64,000 bases of DNA from Camelus ferus (taxonomy: Eukaryota). This document shows positions 41,014 through 54,900 of the stretch, piece by piece; positions within the stretch are counted from its first letter, which is position 1; every line of letters starts with the position of its first letter. The notes beneath the pieces are model-generated. The model worked only from the letters and a program-made list of their open reading frames with translations. It had not been told where the DNA came from and made no database searches. The stretch lies in contig NC_045696.1 in assembly GCF_009834535.1 (NCBI RefSeq), positions 23,252,001-23,316,000 of the forward strand, given 5' to 3'. A program made the position numbers and the translations under genes.

Positions 41014-43689
41014 AAGGATCTCAACATAAACGGGTCATTAATGAAGAGTGAAGGCTCAGCGAAGCACTGAAATATAAAAGAAAAATCTCACGCTGAAGCA
41101 CAAGAATCGAGGTTGGCCAAAAGCACCCAGTTTAACTACTTTTGTTGTTTCAGTAAATATATAAAGAATACAGTCTGGGTTCAGTCATTTAAAGATCTTG
41201 TTAAAAAAAACAACAATAAAACAAGTACAGGGAGTAAAATATGGAGATTAGAAATAGGGGAAAAGGCAGAGAGAGACAGAGAAAGAGCAGAGAGAGAAAT
41301 AAAGAGACAGAGAGAGAAAAACTGGTATAATATGGGAGGAAATGACTAGAATGGGAGCTAGGAAGGAAGAGAAAACATGGCTCCTGAAGCAGTGATATGA
41401 AATGCACGTGTGTAAATGGTTCTGGCAGGTGTTGCTATATCAGCGTAAGTAGAGGCATTAGAAGAGAACGTAGAAAATAGTCTAACTGGACTGGAAATGA
41501 TGGCAAATAAAGCTGAGAAAGCTAGAGTGGCTGGAAAGTATGAGTTTGATTCAGATCAAAGAAAAACAGATTTACAAATTATAGGGGAATGGAGAAAAGT
41601 CACAGATTGGGACAAATTGGGATGAGCCATGTGCCTTGGTTAGTGAGAGGCAGAAGCTGAAGTCTGATTCTGTGGGAAACTATATAAGAGGAAAGCGATC
41701 AGCTCCTCAGGGGAGGATCTTCTGTGAGGCCAGGGCTGAACTGGATCACACATGGGACCCTGAGTCCCCATGCACCCTTGTGTCAGTAGATTCCATCCAG
41801 TCAAATCATTTCTCCAGCTCTTGGCAGCTAAAACCTGTCTGGACCCCAGAAATAGATCTAGGACAGTAGAGCAGTAATGAGTACAGGGAAAAGAAATTAG
41901 AAGCATTAGGCAAATACGCTCTAGCTGACTGAGGTCTACACAGGGTGGCAGAGCTCAGGCAGGAACCAGAGGGGAAACTCTATTGGGCAGACATTCAGAG
42001 GAATGTCTTTGAGATAAAGCAAGGCTTTCATGAGCAGGTGGTGGAGAGTGGTGGAGAGCATGCTACATGCTACACACAGCCTGAGGAATGCGAAAAGGCC
42101 AGCCTATCCAAAGTTATCTTTCCCTGTAGCTCTCCTTGGTTCCTCCTTATCTTCCTTGGAGATTTTGGTGCCAAAAATTCCTAAAGTACTAAGACACTAA
42201 TTCTAATATGGGTGAAATATTGTACCTGGAAACTCTTACAAAAATAAAATATAGAACACATGAAGATTACGTTCACCTCTTTACATCTATTATCAGGTTT
42301 ATATTAGGATATTTGGAACTATCTGGGGGAAATTCTGGGTCAGAGAATATTGCCAAGAAAGGCTAGACTTCCAGGATTAGGGGTGCAGAATTCAGGTTAA
42401 TACTATATATCGCTGGCTTTAAAACTCTTGTTATACCATACTGAAAACTCTGGTTATTGTTATTAAAATTTAGAAAATTGATTTAGATAATCCTAGGGAG
42501 TTAATCTTTGGCAACATACTATTGACCTTTGTTCTTTGAGCCTATACCCCAATGATCAGACCTAAACTTCCAATTAGAAGAGGATACGATGGGTTATTGA
42601 ACACAAAGGCAGATAAAGTTCTGTGATTCCAGTTCTAAAATTTTCAGTAAAGAGCTGTTTTTCAGATCCTAACTGCTATTTAATTAGATTGGGGAATTGT
42701 TGCCATGTTTGTCATTTTGTCCCCAGTTCTTAGCTAAATTAATTAACTTTGAAGCTTTTAACAAAAAGAAATTGATTCTAACTATGATATGAGCTCAAAA
42801 AGTTATGTAAATGTCTGAACTAAAGCACTTTGGAATATATTATACAGATTACACATTATAAAGTTTATTCTTTCCTTGATATTTTTTTCAGAAAACAGAG
42901 CTCAAGAATAAATAGTCAAATGCGGCAGGATACTTGTAAATACAGAGAACTATGAGACTTGATATGAGGTGTTGTCTTTTTTTTTAATACTTGTCAAACA
43001 AGAGAACGTGTTAGTGTGTTCAATTCCAATGGAAGCCATGGACAGTCTTGAATGTTCCTTTTTACTGGCTAAATATATATTGAATTAATAAACTGTGTAT
43101 TACAAAAGGATAAAACAGTTGTATAAAATTTTAATGATACAAATCTATACAAATTTCTCTCAACATGAAATTGGGATGGTTATCCTTAAAGACAGAAGCT
43201 CTGACTATATTTTAGAAGGAAGAAAGTATGAGCGTGGACCAAAGACTGTTCCAGGCATAAAGATTCATAGAATTGTGAAAATAAACATTTAGGGAAAAAA
43301 AGGATGAGGAGAATTAACCAGAGGTTTCCACTGACTGGTTCTTTTATACCTCACATTCCACTAGACTTTATACACAACTTGCATACCACTTAGAGCTTAT
43401 CCAACAGCAAATCTGTTTCTTACATGTATGCCTTTTTTCAGAACATCTCCAGTGTTTGGAGAACCTTGCTGCCAGTCTGTTTCACTGTTCCTCTTCTTTT
43501 TCAAATAATGTGTTCCTTAAGACTCAGCTGAGGTGTCATCTCCTCTGCCCCTGCCCAGACACAACTGGATCCCTCTCCCCCAGTGTCCAACTGCACTCTG
43601 GGACTGCTAGCGTTGCACTTAGCACTTCCATGTATGGGTAGAATTCCATTACTCTGCCATTTTTGTTTCATAAGTATCTTCTCATTCTA

Positions 43690-44440
43690 TTCTCTCATCT
43701 TTGTCCCATTACCTCTGCTTTGACTCTGGTCATTTAGAGTTCACTTGGTCTCTTAAAAGAGACCCCTAACTGATCTCCTAGCGTCTCTTCATCATTTTGA
43801 TAATCAAAGTGCTGCCAGAGTTCTCTTCCTAATGGGCCATGCCAATTCCCTGCTTAAGGCCCATTTTTTTCTCCGTTTCCAAATAATAAAAATCTAAACT
43901 CCTTTACACAGGAAAAATATATTCATCATAATCTGACTCCAAACTTTATAGTCACGTGACCCTATACTTTCCCACCCTTAATCTACGCTCCAGGCATATT
44001 AACCGTCTTGCCATACAAAGCAGTCCATGCTCTTTAACATGTGTGTGCCTTATGCAGAGGCAGTTCTTTTTACAAAATGACTTTTCCTTATTTAGTTCTT
44101 CAAAAATCTCCAATTCATCTCCTAAGACCCTGCTCAAGTACTACTTCACAAATTCTTTCAGTCTCTGTCAAGCAGAGCTATTCTCCATGTGTCTCTGAGA
44201 CCACAGCATTTTGCTCATATACCTAATTTAGCACTTTCAGTATCAGATTTTAGTTGTTAAATTTTTATTTCTGTTTTTGGTTTTATGTGTTGCACTAAAT
44301 AAATGTTGGTTTTGTTCCTTTTGTATGCCAATAGATGGTGAGCTCATGGAGAGCAATAAAACTACTTTATTGGTTTTATATTCCCAAAGCTTACCACAAT
44401 GCCCAACACTAAGTAAATAATCAGTAGATTATTGGAAAAG
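43690..44440 (+). mobile_element. LINE-2 3' portion
   Basis: gctgccagagttctcttcctaa...ccctgcttaa; tail gatggtgagctcatggagagca...cacaatgcccaacactaagtaa. Confidence 0.7.
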
Positions 44441-44730
44441 GAATGGGATAAAAAGGAAAGGAAAGGAAAACAAAGGAAGATCTATTTGACAGAAGATCCT
44501 ATGTCATAAGAGGAGAGGAATAAATTATGCTGTTAAAATCCCACATGTGAGAAAGCTGCAATATTTCTGAAAGTGGGCATACTCTTCCTGGCAAGAACAG
44601 AATTATGAGAAGTAAAACTCTCTTAAAGAATTAAAAGTTTCAAGAAAGTGAAATAAATATCTTCCTATCTCTTTCTTCTTTCAATAATCATCACAAGACA
44701 TGAAGGAGAAAAAGAAACTCTAATACAAAT

Positions 44731-45223
44731 TATGCTTTTTTCCTGTGACTGCTGTAACAAATTCCTACAAATCTGGTGACTTACAAACAATAGAAATTTA
44801 TTTTCTTACAGTTCTGGAGGCCAGAATTTCAACATTCATTTCACTGGGCTGAAATCAAGCTTTTTGACAGGGCCACGCTCTCTCTGCAAGTTCTGCAGAA
44901 GAATCTATTCTTTGCTTCTTCTAGCTTCTTGTGGCTTCTGTATTTCTTGACATTCCTTGGCTTACAGCCACATCCCTCCAATCTCTGCCGCCACCTCCAT
45001 ATCTCCTTTTCCACTGTGTGTGTCAAATCCCCCACTGCCCCCTCTTATGAGAACACTTGTGATAACACTTAAGGACTACGTGGATAATCCAGAATAGCCT
45101 CCTCATCTCAAAATCCTTAACTTAAATTATATCTGCAAGATCCTTTTTTCAATAAGGTAACATTCACAGATTCTGAAATGAGGACAAGGACATATTTTTT
45201 GGAAGCCATCACAGTCTACCACA
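44731..45223 (-). mobile_element. Solo ERVL-MaLR LTR (MLT1C/D-like), near full length
   Basis: ctgctgtaacaaatt...cagttctggaggccagaa...ggataatccagaatagcctcctcatctcaaaatccttaac...ctaccaca; near-perfect 5-bp TSD caaat/caaaa. Confidence 0.9.
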
Positions 45224-45373
45224 CAAAACCAAATATTTCTAAAACTAGAGACTATTATAACTCTAAATGTCAATGTATAAAGGCAGAAAGTGGGTGGAAT
45301 AGTGGCATTTGATTTAATAGAGTGGAAGAAAGACAAACTAAATGTAAAAAGCAGATCCTAATTACAAATAACA

Positions 45374-45507
45374 GGCAGGGAAGGTAGAGCTCAGTGGTGG
45401 AGCTTGTGCTTAGCATGCATGAGGTCCTGTGTTCCATCCCCAGTCCCTCCTCTAAAAATAAATAAATAAATAATCCTATTAACTTCCTCCAAAATAAAAT
45501 AAAAAAC
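45374..45507 (+). mobile_element. tRNA-Ala-derived SINE (Vic-1 type), more diverged copy
   Basis: agctcagtggtggagcttgtgcttagcatgcatgaggtcctgtgttccatccccagtccctcctctaaaaataaataa; approximate TSD aattacaaata/aattaacaaata. Confidence 0.88.
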
Positions 45508-45529
45508 AAATTAACAAATATACTCATAT

Positions 45530-47750
45530 AGTAATATATAACAAAAACTCAGACATTGGAACATCCAGGTATTGCCAAGGGTGGAATGGAAGCCAGAAGT
45601 TGAAAAGAAAGATTGTTTGAAAAACTGTAAGAGGAGCAGTTAGACAGACACCTATCTATGATCACACATCTACTATAAAGGAATCAAAGAACTAACTCTT
45701 CTCACTTTTAAAGAAAAGAAATGGTGTCTGAAGAAACTGAACTAGAATGACTCCAATCTATAATGCAAAAGTCAGCAAAGAGACATGGTATCAAAAAATG
45801 AAAAGTTACATGAATGTCCAAGTACACAAAGAACTATGATACCCCTATCTTCTCTAGCTAAGCCCCAGGGTGTCTATAGCCTCAAAAAAAAAAAAAAAGA
45901 TTAAAAATTCTTCTTTTGAGTAAATAATTACAACAGAGAAAAATAACCTCAGATACTATTGTTAAAGTATCTTGCCCACCAAACAAGCCAACTACCAACC
46001 CAATGGATCAAAAGTGAAGTCTACCTGCTGACAAGCATCACTCCTGTGCACAAAATTCCAATTAGGTTTCCAGTGCCACTTCCAAAAATATGATTAAAAA
46101 TTCAAGGATTATCACTGGGAATCCATCAAGGAAAAAACAGAAAACAAAATAAGTGAAAGGAATGAAGGAACTCAGAGAAGTAGTGAATATGCAACGAGAA
46201 GAATAAAATTTCAAAGAAATAATAAATAATGCCCCCAAATATGAAAAAGGATACTGCCTTGGTGAATCAAAACAGTGTGCAATAAAAAATAAGAGAAACA
46301 AGCAAAGAATAAGAAGTATAATTATTAATTTAATCTATGAGCAACACAATTAAAAATTTAGTAAAAGTCTTAAAAGATAATGAAGAGTACACTGAAAAAG
46401 ACAAACAAGTACATAGAGGAGAGAAAAAAACTTTTTAAAAGTAGATAGTCAGTGGACACTCACAAATATTAACTCAAAATGGAGATTAGAGAAGATGTTA
46501 GTAAAGAAACTATTAAGGACATAATAAAAGGAAATTTCTCATGACAATGTGAGTCTTCTGATTGAAAGGATCTATTGAGTGTCCCAAGATAAGGGATGAA
46601 TAAAGACCCACACTAAGACATATTCTGATAAAAATCTATAGCACCAGAAATAAAGAGAAGATCGCAAAAGTCTATTAGTGAGAAAAATGGGTGAAATATA
46701 AACTATCAGGATCAAAATGACATTGGTCTTCTCAACAACATCAGAACAACATCAGAAGCTAGAAGGTAATGAAAAAATGCTTTTAAAATTCTAAGTGAAA
46801 ATTATTTTAAATCTATCATTCTATTCCCAGCCAAAGAGTCAATCAAGTACCAAGTAGAAAAACGACATTTCTCAACGTCCAAGTTTGTAAAATATTTATC
46901 ACCTGTGGAACCTCTCTCAAAACATTACCAGAACATACATTCATAAAATGGAAAGATAAATTTCCAGCATGACAGCCAAAAAAATCCCTGAATGACATCT
47001 TTTTGTAGGATGCTTTAGAGGGCAACCAGACAAGATAAAAGTGGGAGAAGAGAAGGTCCAGGAAGGATTTATTCAAGGAAAAAAAAATACGAAAAAAACT
47101 CTTTAAAGCTGTAAGTTATCTGACCAAATTGCCTATGTAGGAAATGATTAGAGAAGCATTTTGATAAAAGATTTTGGAGCTTTGGAGGAGACAGCCAAAA
47201 ACGTAAGGAAGAAAGTAAGTGAGGAAAGATGGAGGGAGGGATAGAGGGAAACAGAAGGCGAGGAGGAGGAGGAATCGGGCGATAAAAGAAAAAAATAAAT
47301 GAAGCACTTATTAATTAAAGGAAAAACAAAAATTCTACAATAAAGGGAAAACAAAAATTCTACAATAAAGGGAATATAATTATATTACATCATCAGGCTC
47401 AGAAGTAAACACTATGTGTACAGTCTTCATAATTAAAAACCCAGGTATAGACAAACTAAAATGGTAATGTAGCTGGAATAGATGATTAGAGTAAAAAAAA
47501 ATTGTAGTTTTAAGAAAGCTTAAATCTTCATCTTTAGCAATAAAAAGTTAATAAGATCTGAGCTGAGAGATCATGAGACAGCCCTATGCACATTATTTAA
47601 AAATACAAAAGCAAAATAAAAATGAAAGAAGTTGAAAGTGATTTCCCTCCTTCACTGGTACCAAATGATTTATTTCTTTAGATTTTTAACCTTTAATTTT
47701 ATTTGCATTTTATGTATGTGTGCATGTAGTATCTGATAAAAATGAGTTAT
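45530..47750 (+). mobile_element. Ancient HAL1/L1M ORF1-type element, highly degraded
   Basis: Long A-rich stretch with ORF1-like motifs (tctgattgaaagga, aaagacccacactaagacatattctgataaaa, tcttctcaacaac, attctattcccagccaa). Confidence 0.65.
47316..47374. repeat. 25-bp tandem duplication (2.4 copies)
   Basis: taaagg(a/g)aaaacaaaaattctacaa twice, then taaagggaa. Confidence 0.95.
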
Positions 47751-48119
47751 GTTAAAAAGAGATACTAAACTTATTTAACCTAATCCTCTCTCCATTGTTT
47801 AGAATTATAACAAGTCAAATCAAATAGGCATATGTTCTCTATTTTCTTTAAAATATTTCCATACAAGTAGATTATATTATAATATAACTTTACTAAATTA
47901 ACAAATTAATGTATGAATGCATGCTTTAGTAAAACATTCTGTTCTTCATAAAGAAATGAAATATTAGATGGATACAATGTAATGTTTGTAAACAAATTAT
48001 TTATTAAATTTGATAGTAAATACAGTTCTTGAAGGAATCTGTAGAGCACCGTTGATAAAGAAAGTAGTTTCTTTTATAAAGGGAATATGCATTCCTAAAG
48101 TTATTTGTATAATTTTTAC

Positions 48120-48214
48120 CTGATTTCCAGAATATTTTCTTCAAGTTGAGCACTGTTTCAGTATTGCTATTCATTCATCTCTTCGTATCACCACGAACAG
48201 TCTAAATAAAGCTG
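48120..48214 (-). other. Candidate 95-nt exon with tandem CAGCAG acceptor
   Basis: catttcttctctccag|CAGCTTTATTTAGACTG...GAAATCAG|gtaaaa; retains CpGs; contains short ATG-initiated frames. Confidence 0.55.
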
Positions 48215-50859
48215 CTGGAGAGAAGAAATGTCACCTTGTAAATTTAGAATTAACACTCATTCAAAAACTTCCTATAGGTGTACTCATGTCAATTGTATAA
48301 ACTTGTTAATAATAAGTCTTATTCACCTTCCTTAACTCTAAAACAGATTTGATACAATATTGTATTTTTCATAGTATAACAGCCCTTTAAAAATAACCTT
48401 CCCACAAAACACACAGAGAGCAAAGTACAAAGAGTTTACAAAACAGGATGAGATTCTCCATTATTATTTCTGGAGAGCATCCTAGTTTGATGTTTTTCCT
48501 TCTGCCATTCTTAGAGAAAGTACATTATCCACAATAGGTCAGCACAGGTCCTACTTACTTCCTCAGGAATAAGGGTCAGGCAACATGCAGTATCCTTGGG
48601 AAAATAGCCTAAAATTTCCAAAAAGGCCATCTCAGTAAGACATCAGGAAGCACAACTGTTTCCATTGACACGAACATAATGAAAACAAAATGCTCTAGAA
48701 CTACGTGCTTTGTGAACCAGAGTTTGTAAAAATATCACACATGCTGTGTTTTGACCACCCAAGAGATATCAAAGTCACTGTATCTCTCTACAAGCATTTC
48801 AGTCCTACTGATGTTTATGATTCTAAAATCAGGGGCACGTTCCTGGGACACAACCAGTCGGTATCTGCTAGGGCAATGTTAGGGGAAAAAAAAAAAAAAA
48901 GCTTTAAAATGCCCTCTTTGTTCCTGACCTTCTTTGGGAATTCATGGTATGCGACATCAAAGGAGAAAATTCAGGTCACCTCTGTTGGATGTAGCCATGT
49001 GGGTGTGTGAATTAAAACCATTCAACAGGGAACTTGGCGGATTCCTGTTTCAATCTGGTCTCTTCTTTGACTCCCCTAAAGGTGACCCTTACTGATAATC
49101 AAAGGAGAGGCCCTAGACCATTTTCAGGATGTGCTGGTGCTAAGAAAAGTGATTTAGGATAGTCAAATAGTCCAATACTTTCAGGAAATGACCAATAAAA
49201 AGGCAAGCCAAAATCTTAGTAGCTCAAAGAAAAAAAAGAATGTCTGAGAATATTTCTGTTTCACCATGAAATAGATGAGAAATCAAGCTGTTTGGGCACA
49301 GCTGGAGAATGTGTAGAAGGAAGCCGTAACACTCCTAGTTTAGCTTCTCAAGAAGCTAAAGGTTTTGATGCTATTAGGACATAGTTTGGTAGGATATTGT
49401 ATCATAGTGAGCAAAGTGATCAGCCATCTAGCAGCTAAGATCAGTGGATCCCTTTGAGTGGTCAGACCCTCAAAGGAATGGGTCACTTGTGTCTAAGAAT
49501 TCAAAGGTTATACCTTACAACTGCTAGAAGTGCAGAGATATTAACACAGTGCATTCTGAACTGGTCAAAAACAGTTGTCAACTGATACATGCAAAGTAAA
49601 AAACTAAATAAACAATAAAATTTTGTTATTTGAACAAAGCTTTTATTTTGTTCATTCTAAGGCACTCCTGCAATTTGATTTTCAATCTTCTTCTCATCCA
49701 AATTGTCGTGTCACCTGCTTTCCATCTCACAAAATCCTGCCCCTCTCTGAAGGCTCCTCTCAAATTGTACTTCTTTGGTAACAACTTCTCTGGTCATCCT
49801 AGACTATGGCGGTCTCAACTGAACCATCCCCCGCCTCCCTAGGCAGTTACAGTGTGCTGTCTTGAGATGTCAAGTATGTATATCTCTGTTTGTTTAAGCC
49901 AATGCCTGATCTCCTTTGTTATAGGGCAAATCTCATTAGACCAAGAACCAAGCTTTCTACTTTGTTTTAATTTTTCTACACAATTAATATGTAATGGTTG
50001 ACAAAAGAACCAGCATAAATTTTTTCATTTAGCATAAGTAATATTGGATGGCTCTTGCTTGTCTCATAAGGCTTTTCAGAAAGAGATTTATGCTGACCTT
50101 GTGAAGAACTGTTATCCAATCTCCTAAAGCATTTTTTTTTTTTTAGTTATTTAGGAGCCTGGCTTAGAATAAAATGATAAACAATAGGTGGATAATATTT
50201 ATGGAGCAGCTTCTGAGTTGCCTGTCAGTAATTCTACAAGTTACCTTGGTATTTATGAGTTCAGTAAAGACTTTCTTTGCAATTTGCTCCCTCTACACAA
50301 GAGCAGCCTGGGTCTTGAAACTACCTTCAGACATGCTATTTCATTTAAATTAAAAAAAAATTGCTTTTTAAATACCAAATTCAATGTAATGTATTAAACA
50401 CTGACTTTCTTAAGCATGCCTAAGTTTAGTTCAAAGTTAGGCATGCTTTTTTGAAGTACTTTTTTGAAGATATTTTTCCCTCTAAAATTTTTATGTTCAT
50501 GACCAGCTTGAAAATAGTGTAGCAGGATTTTCTGAAAGAGCTTTTATTACTCATATTTTTTTTTTTTTTGCCTACAGGGAAAAATATACCATTCCTAATT
50601 ATAAATGTATACATCATTTAAAATGAATGAAAATGGAAAACACTATAAAAGACAACATTGCATCTCAGTTATATAAGGACTTAAATGCAGAACTGAGTCC
50701 TGTTATGTGGTCAGCTATGTGACAGCTATCAAGCAGATGAAAATTCTCATTATACACTCCTTGCTGTAAGAACAATGAAAAAACAAAATAGATGCACATA
50801 TAGGGAAAGACACCTGAGAGTAAAAAATGCAGATTTTGATGCAAAACAGAGAAAGAGTT

Positions 50860-51010
50860 TGGGAAAATTACTTAAATTCACTATGCCCCAGTTTCTTCAC
50901 CTGTGCAACAAGCTCAGTAGTTCCTCATTCCCCGGTTGCCATGTGAAGTAAATGAGATAGACAGTGCAGAACACCTAGCAAAATCCATGGAAAACTATGC
51001 TCATTCAACA
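50860..51010 (+). mobile_element. MIR SINE
   Basis: ttgggaaaattacttaaattcactatgccccagtttcttcacctgtgcaa...gaagtaaatgagata. Confidence 0.75.
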
Positions 51011-51495
51011 GATGTACACTCCCTTTCTGCCCTACTCAAAGATACGTTAGTTCAAGACAGCGGATGTGTAAAGAAAAAGATTCAGACAAGGTTTTAGAGA
51101 GAGGAGAGAATTTTAATGGACCTTTAGGACAGGAGAAAAATTGGAGCTGCAGGAAAGGTATTTGGAGCAAACAAAGGGTATTTACTTGAAAGTAAAAGTA
51201 TAAGTAAAGGTAAAAAATCACAAACAAGGGGAAAGATGAGGCTGGATGGAAGAGGGACTCGTGAGAAAAAAATGACTTCTAAAATAAGTAAAAATGCAAG
51301 CTGAGGCTGGGATCATGAATTCCAAGGGGAAGAGTAGGGACACCTTGGGAAGCCGTGAAACCTCCTGAGCATGGCAAAGAGAACCCACTTTCCCAGCGAT
51401 AGTTGGTAATGTTATCAAACTCAATGACTAATGCTCTATGAGCCTTTCCTTTTGGAAACGTAAGTCTCTTTCAGTTACTGCAAATAATAACTTAC

Positions 51496-51540
51496 CTTTC
51501 ATTCAGGTTTAAATTGAGTTTTTACATAAGAGTACTTTTC
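51496..51540 (-). other. Candidate 45-nt non-coding exon
   Basis: ctactgctctttag|GAAAAG...GAATGAAAG|gtaagt; stops in all three frames. Confidence 0.5.
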
Positions 51541-53299
51541 CTAAAGAGCAGTAGCATATTTTGCTCAAATAAATTATATTATGCTTTTAAGAAATGTCCA
51601 ACAAGGCAACAAAAAAACCCTCTCAAGTAATTATTTGTAAGTATACAGAATTTGGACCGGGCAAGAAATAGAAATGCACATAAGTTTAATACTACAGAAA
51701 TAACCATGGTTTGGGAAGCAGAGCAGATCAGTAACTAAAAACACTATAATGGATTTTTAATGGCCTTTTGTGGAATTCTTCAGATACAATAAAAACCCTT
51801 TGTAATGAAAATAAATTGCATATATTATTATTCAGTAAGAACTGATTTTATTTACCTACAACAAGTTTCAAGCGGAAGAGTGTTGCAGTCTAAAAAGGGC
51901 CTCTAGACAGGCTATTTTATTTCTTTTGCCTCTCCTCTCATAATTTCACCCTATTTAAGGTAATGGGTTCTTTCTGTTTTTGGCGCATAATACCTATAAT
52001 TGTGTATAGCTCATATTGTAACTCTGTTTCAAATGATGATTTAACTAGTCTGAAATAAAAAAGGAATTATAATATTCAGATATAGTATAAGACCAAAGAG
52101 CCTTGGGTCTACCCAATCCTAGATTGCTATTCATTTTTGAAAAGCACAGATAAAGAAAATTTACTTTCACTAAGTAAAATTAAAGCTTATTGAAAACTCA
52201 GTTCAGGTGAATTAATAATTTTAATACAACTTTCTTGATTTATTCAAGATGTCCTGGATTTCCTAGTTTTATTGAAAGAGTATGGGGAGTACAAACTACT
52301 TCTATAAAATAATAAAAACAAACAAATAGTATCTTAATATCTCATTATTTTATATAATATTAATATGACTCATAATGCTTCAATTCCAATCGACCTTGCC
52401 AATAAATAGATAAAATCAACAATGAATCCATCATGGAATTTTGTTTGTTTGTTTTTGTAATATACTTTGATTTTTAAAATCCTAGATCATTCTCAAATTT
52501 AGTCTAATATCAAGAAAACCTTGCAAACCTTGACTTCCCTTCCAAAGCACTTTTTAGATTTGTTTTACGCATAATCAAAATAGGGCTGAAAAGACACTGA
52601 CCACGCTGGTGATGGAGAAAGCTGCTGAGGAAGAAGGGGGCAATGGTTTCCCAAATGGTTTTTTCCAGTGAACAGAGGGCGTACGTTGTTTACAGAACTC
52701 CCAGCCCAATCTAAGACTTGATGTTCTAAGCCATGCTCCACCCTCCTGTAATTTAGATGAACCTCAATCTTGTCTTCACAGGTTAAAAAGGAAGTAAAAA
52801 TCTCAACTAAATCTAGAGAAGATCCATCAAAATAAAGTCTTATAAAAATAAGGTCCATGAAGTAGCATTAATAAAAATGAGAATTCTTTTCCAAATTGGG
52901 AAGTGTGTTGAGATAAGGAAATAATCTGATAGTTCTGGAACTGCTAAGCATAGAAGAGGAACCTGAAAAAAAGCCCTTGAATGAATGCATTGGCAGGAAG
53001 CAGATACAAAGAGAAAAGTTGCCATTTTACGACTAGAAGGACAAGAAAATGGGATAAAAATGATGTTTGGTTAGAACAAGAAGTGTGATTCAATGTGAGG
53101 AGATCTGAATGTGTTCTTAGTTTCAGGTGTTGATTCCTATTGAAATATAGGTATCAGCAAAGAGAAGAAAGTATGCTCTTTGTAGAAGAGATTGAGAAGG
53201 ACACAGGCATTTCAACAAAGCAGCAGCATCAATCATGGGAGCAGAAAGAAGGCATCGTAAGGGATGAACACAGGTTGTATCAACTTCCTCTACCGCATA

Positions 53300-53520
53300 A
53301 TAACAATACAGACATCCACAACAGTTTATGAACCACTTATTGTATGTTAGGTCACAGTCTGTATTGTCTTTTAGTCCTCAAAACAATCCTAGAAGAAAAG
53401 GTAACATTATCTCCCAAAATCTAGCTGCAGAGAGTTCAAGTAAGTTGGTCAAGAGCACAGCTAGTCAGTGGCAAAACCAAGATCTGAATCAGCTGTCTGG
53501 ATACAGAGCTCACACTGCTA
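53300..53520 (-). mobile_element. MIR SINE
   Basis: tttatgaaccacttattgtatg...ttagtcctcaaaacaatcct...gtcaagagcacagctagtcagtggcaaaaccaagatctgaa. Confidence 0.75.
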
Positions 53521-54769
53521 ATGGTTGCTGGCTTTCAATATTATTATTATTATTATTGTTCACAAAATTGGTTTTAATTCTGTACCTTAAGGGTTTGTGT
53601 TAGGATATGAACAGTACCTGGGCCCATATGGTATATTTGTAAGTCTAAGAAAGTGGGGGCAGGTGGGGCTGGAAGAGCTGGAAGATGTCAGAATCTCCAG
53701 AAAGTTGAAATCGGGTGTATCATTTGAAGAGGCTTATTACTCAATGAGATCAACACTGTAGTTCAATCATACGTTACTTACATAAAGTAAATTACTTTTG
53801 AAGGTAAAAACTGACTTCATTCGGCTGCTGAAGCATGGGTGAAAAAGCTGGAGAAGCTCTTACAATGTTTAATCCAGACCCTCTGGACATGCCAAAGAAT
53901 CAGAAGTCACGAAAACAACCTGGTCATCTTACTCCATTCCTTACGAACAAAATGCTGCTTATTTTTGTTAATAGTATGACATTTTAACTACTTGCCTGCC
54001 ACTGAAAAAGTCTTGGCAATTTTGCCCCTACCACCGTTTCATCCTCACTTCCTATGACCTATGACCACTTCCCATAATACATATGTTCAACAATCCCAAA
54101 TATTCCACAAACTGATATGCTACCTTTGTTTAAAATGTGCTTTTGAAATCTTATTCATAGATTGCCTACTCAGTTCACATGTCAACTACTCTCTAAATAT
54201 GTCCATGAATCCTCTAAGCAAAGCTTTTCCCATTTCTCTGCATAGCTACACATGTACTATATATATATATAATATATATACATATTTACAATATTATACT
54301 CTAAATGTCTCCTTCAGTACATTCATTCAGTCATCAAATATTTGCTGGAAAACATACTAGGTATACTCTAAGCTCCCTAAACCAAGGACTCTGTTATTTT
54401 GTCACTTTGGAGGAAGGGGTTAGTGGTGGTAGTGGTGTGGTATTCTCCATTGCCTTGCTCACTGCCCAACACATATTAGCCATTAATTAACTATTTGCTG
54501 AACTGAGCTATCCATGAGAGCCTCAATGAACATCATTGTCAATAAATAACCATTTAAAATAACTGATCTTGTATTTTTTAGAGAGAAATAATTGGATATA
54601 GACGAATATAAGTAAAATAGCAGACCTTTAAATTTGGCAGGGTCTCAGATCTGGAATTTTTATCGTGTTAACTAAAAAAGGAATAATAAGGAAAGTTACC
54701 ATTTTGATGCTTTTAATTCCATCCTTCAAGTTTTGGTGGATTTTAATCACCTCCAGGCCACCAAGTTAG

Positions 54770-54900
54770 ACTCATAGATTCTTAAAACTTTAAGGGCAAT
54801 GTGAAGTCATCCAGTCCAAAACCCACACTTTACAGATAAGGAAACTGTGTCCAGAGAGATAAGAAGATCTGGGACCGGACTCCAGGCCTCTTCTCCCAGC
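54770..54900 (-). mobile_element. MIR-family fragment
   Basis: gtcatccagtccaaaacccacactttacagataaggaaactgtgtccagagag. Confidence 0.7.

Noticed and set aside
5479..48214. Naming the host gene from exon sizes (95 and 61 nt)
   Set aside because: I do not recognise the exon sequences, and size coincidence with known multi-exon 5'UTRs is not evidence.
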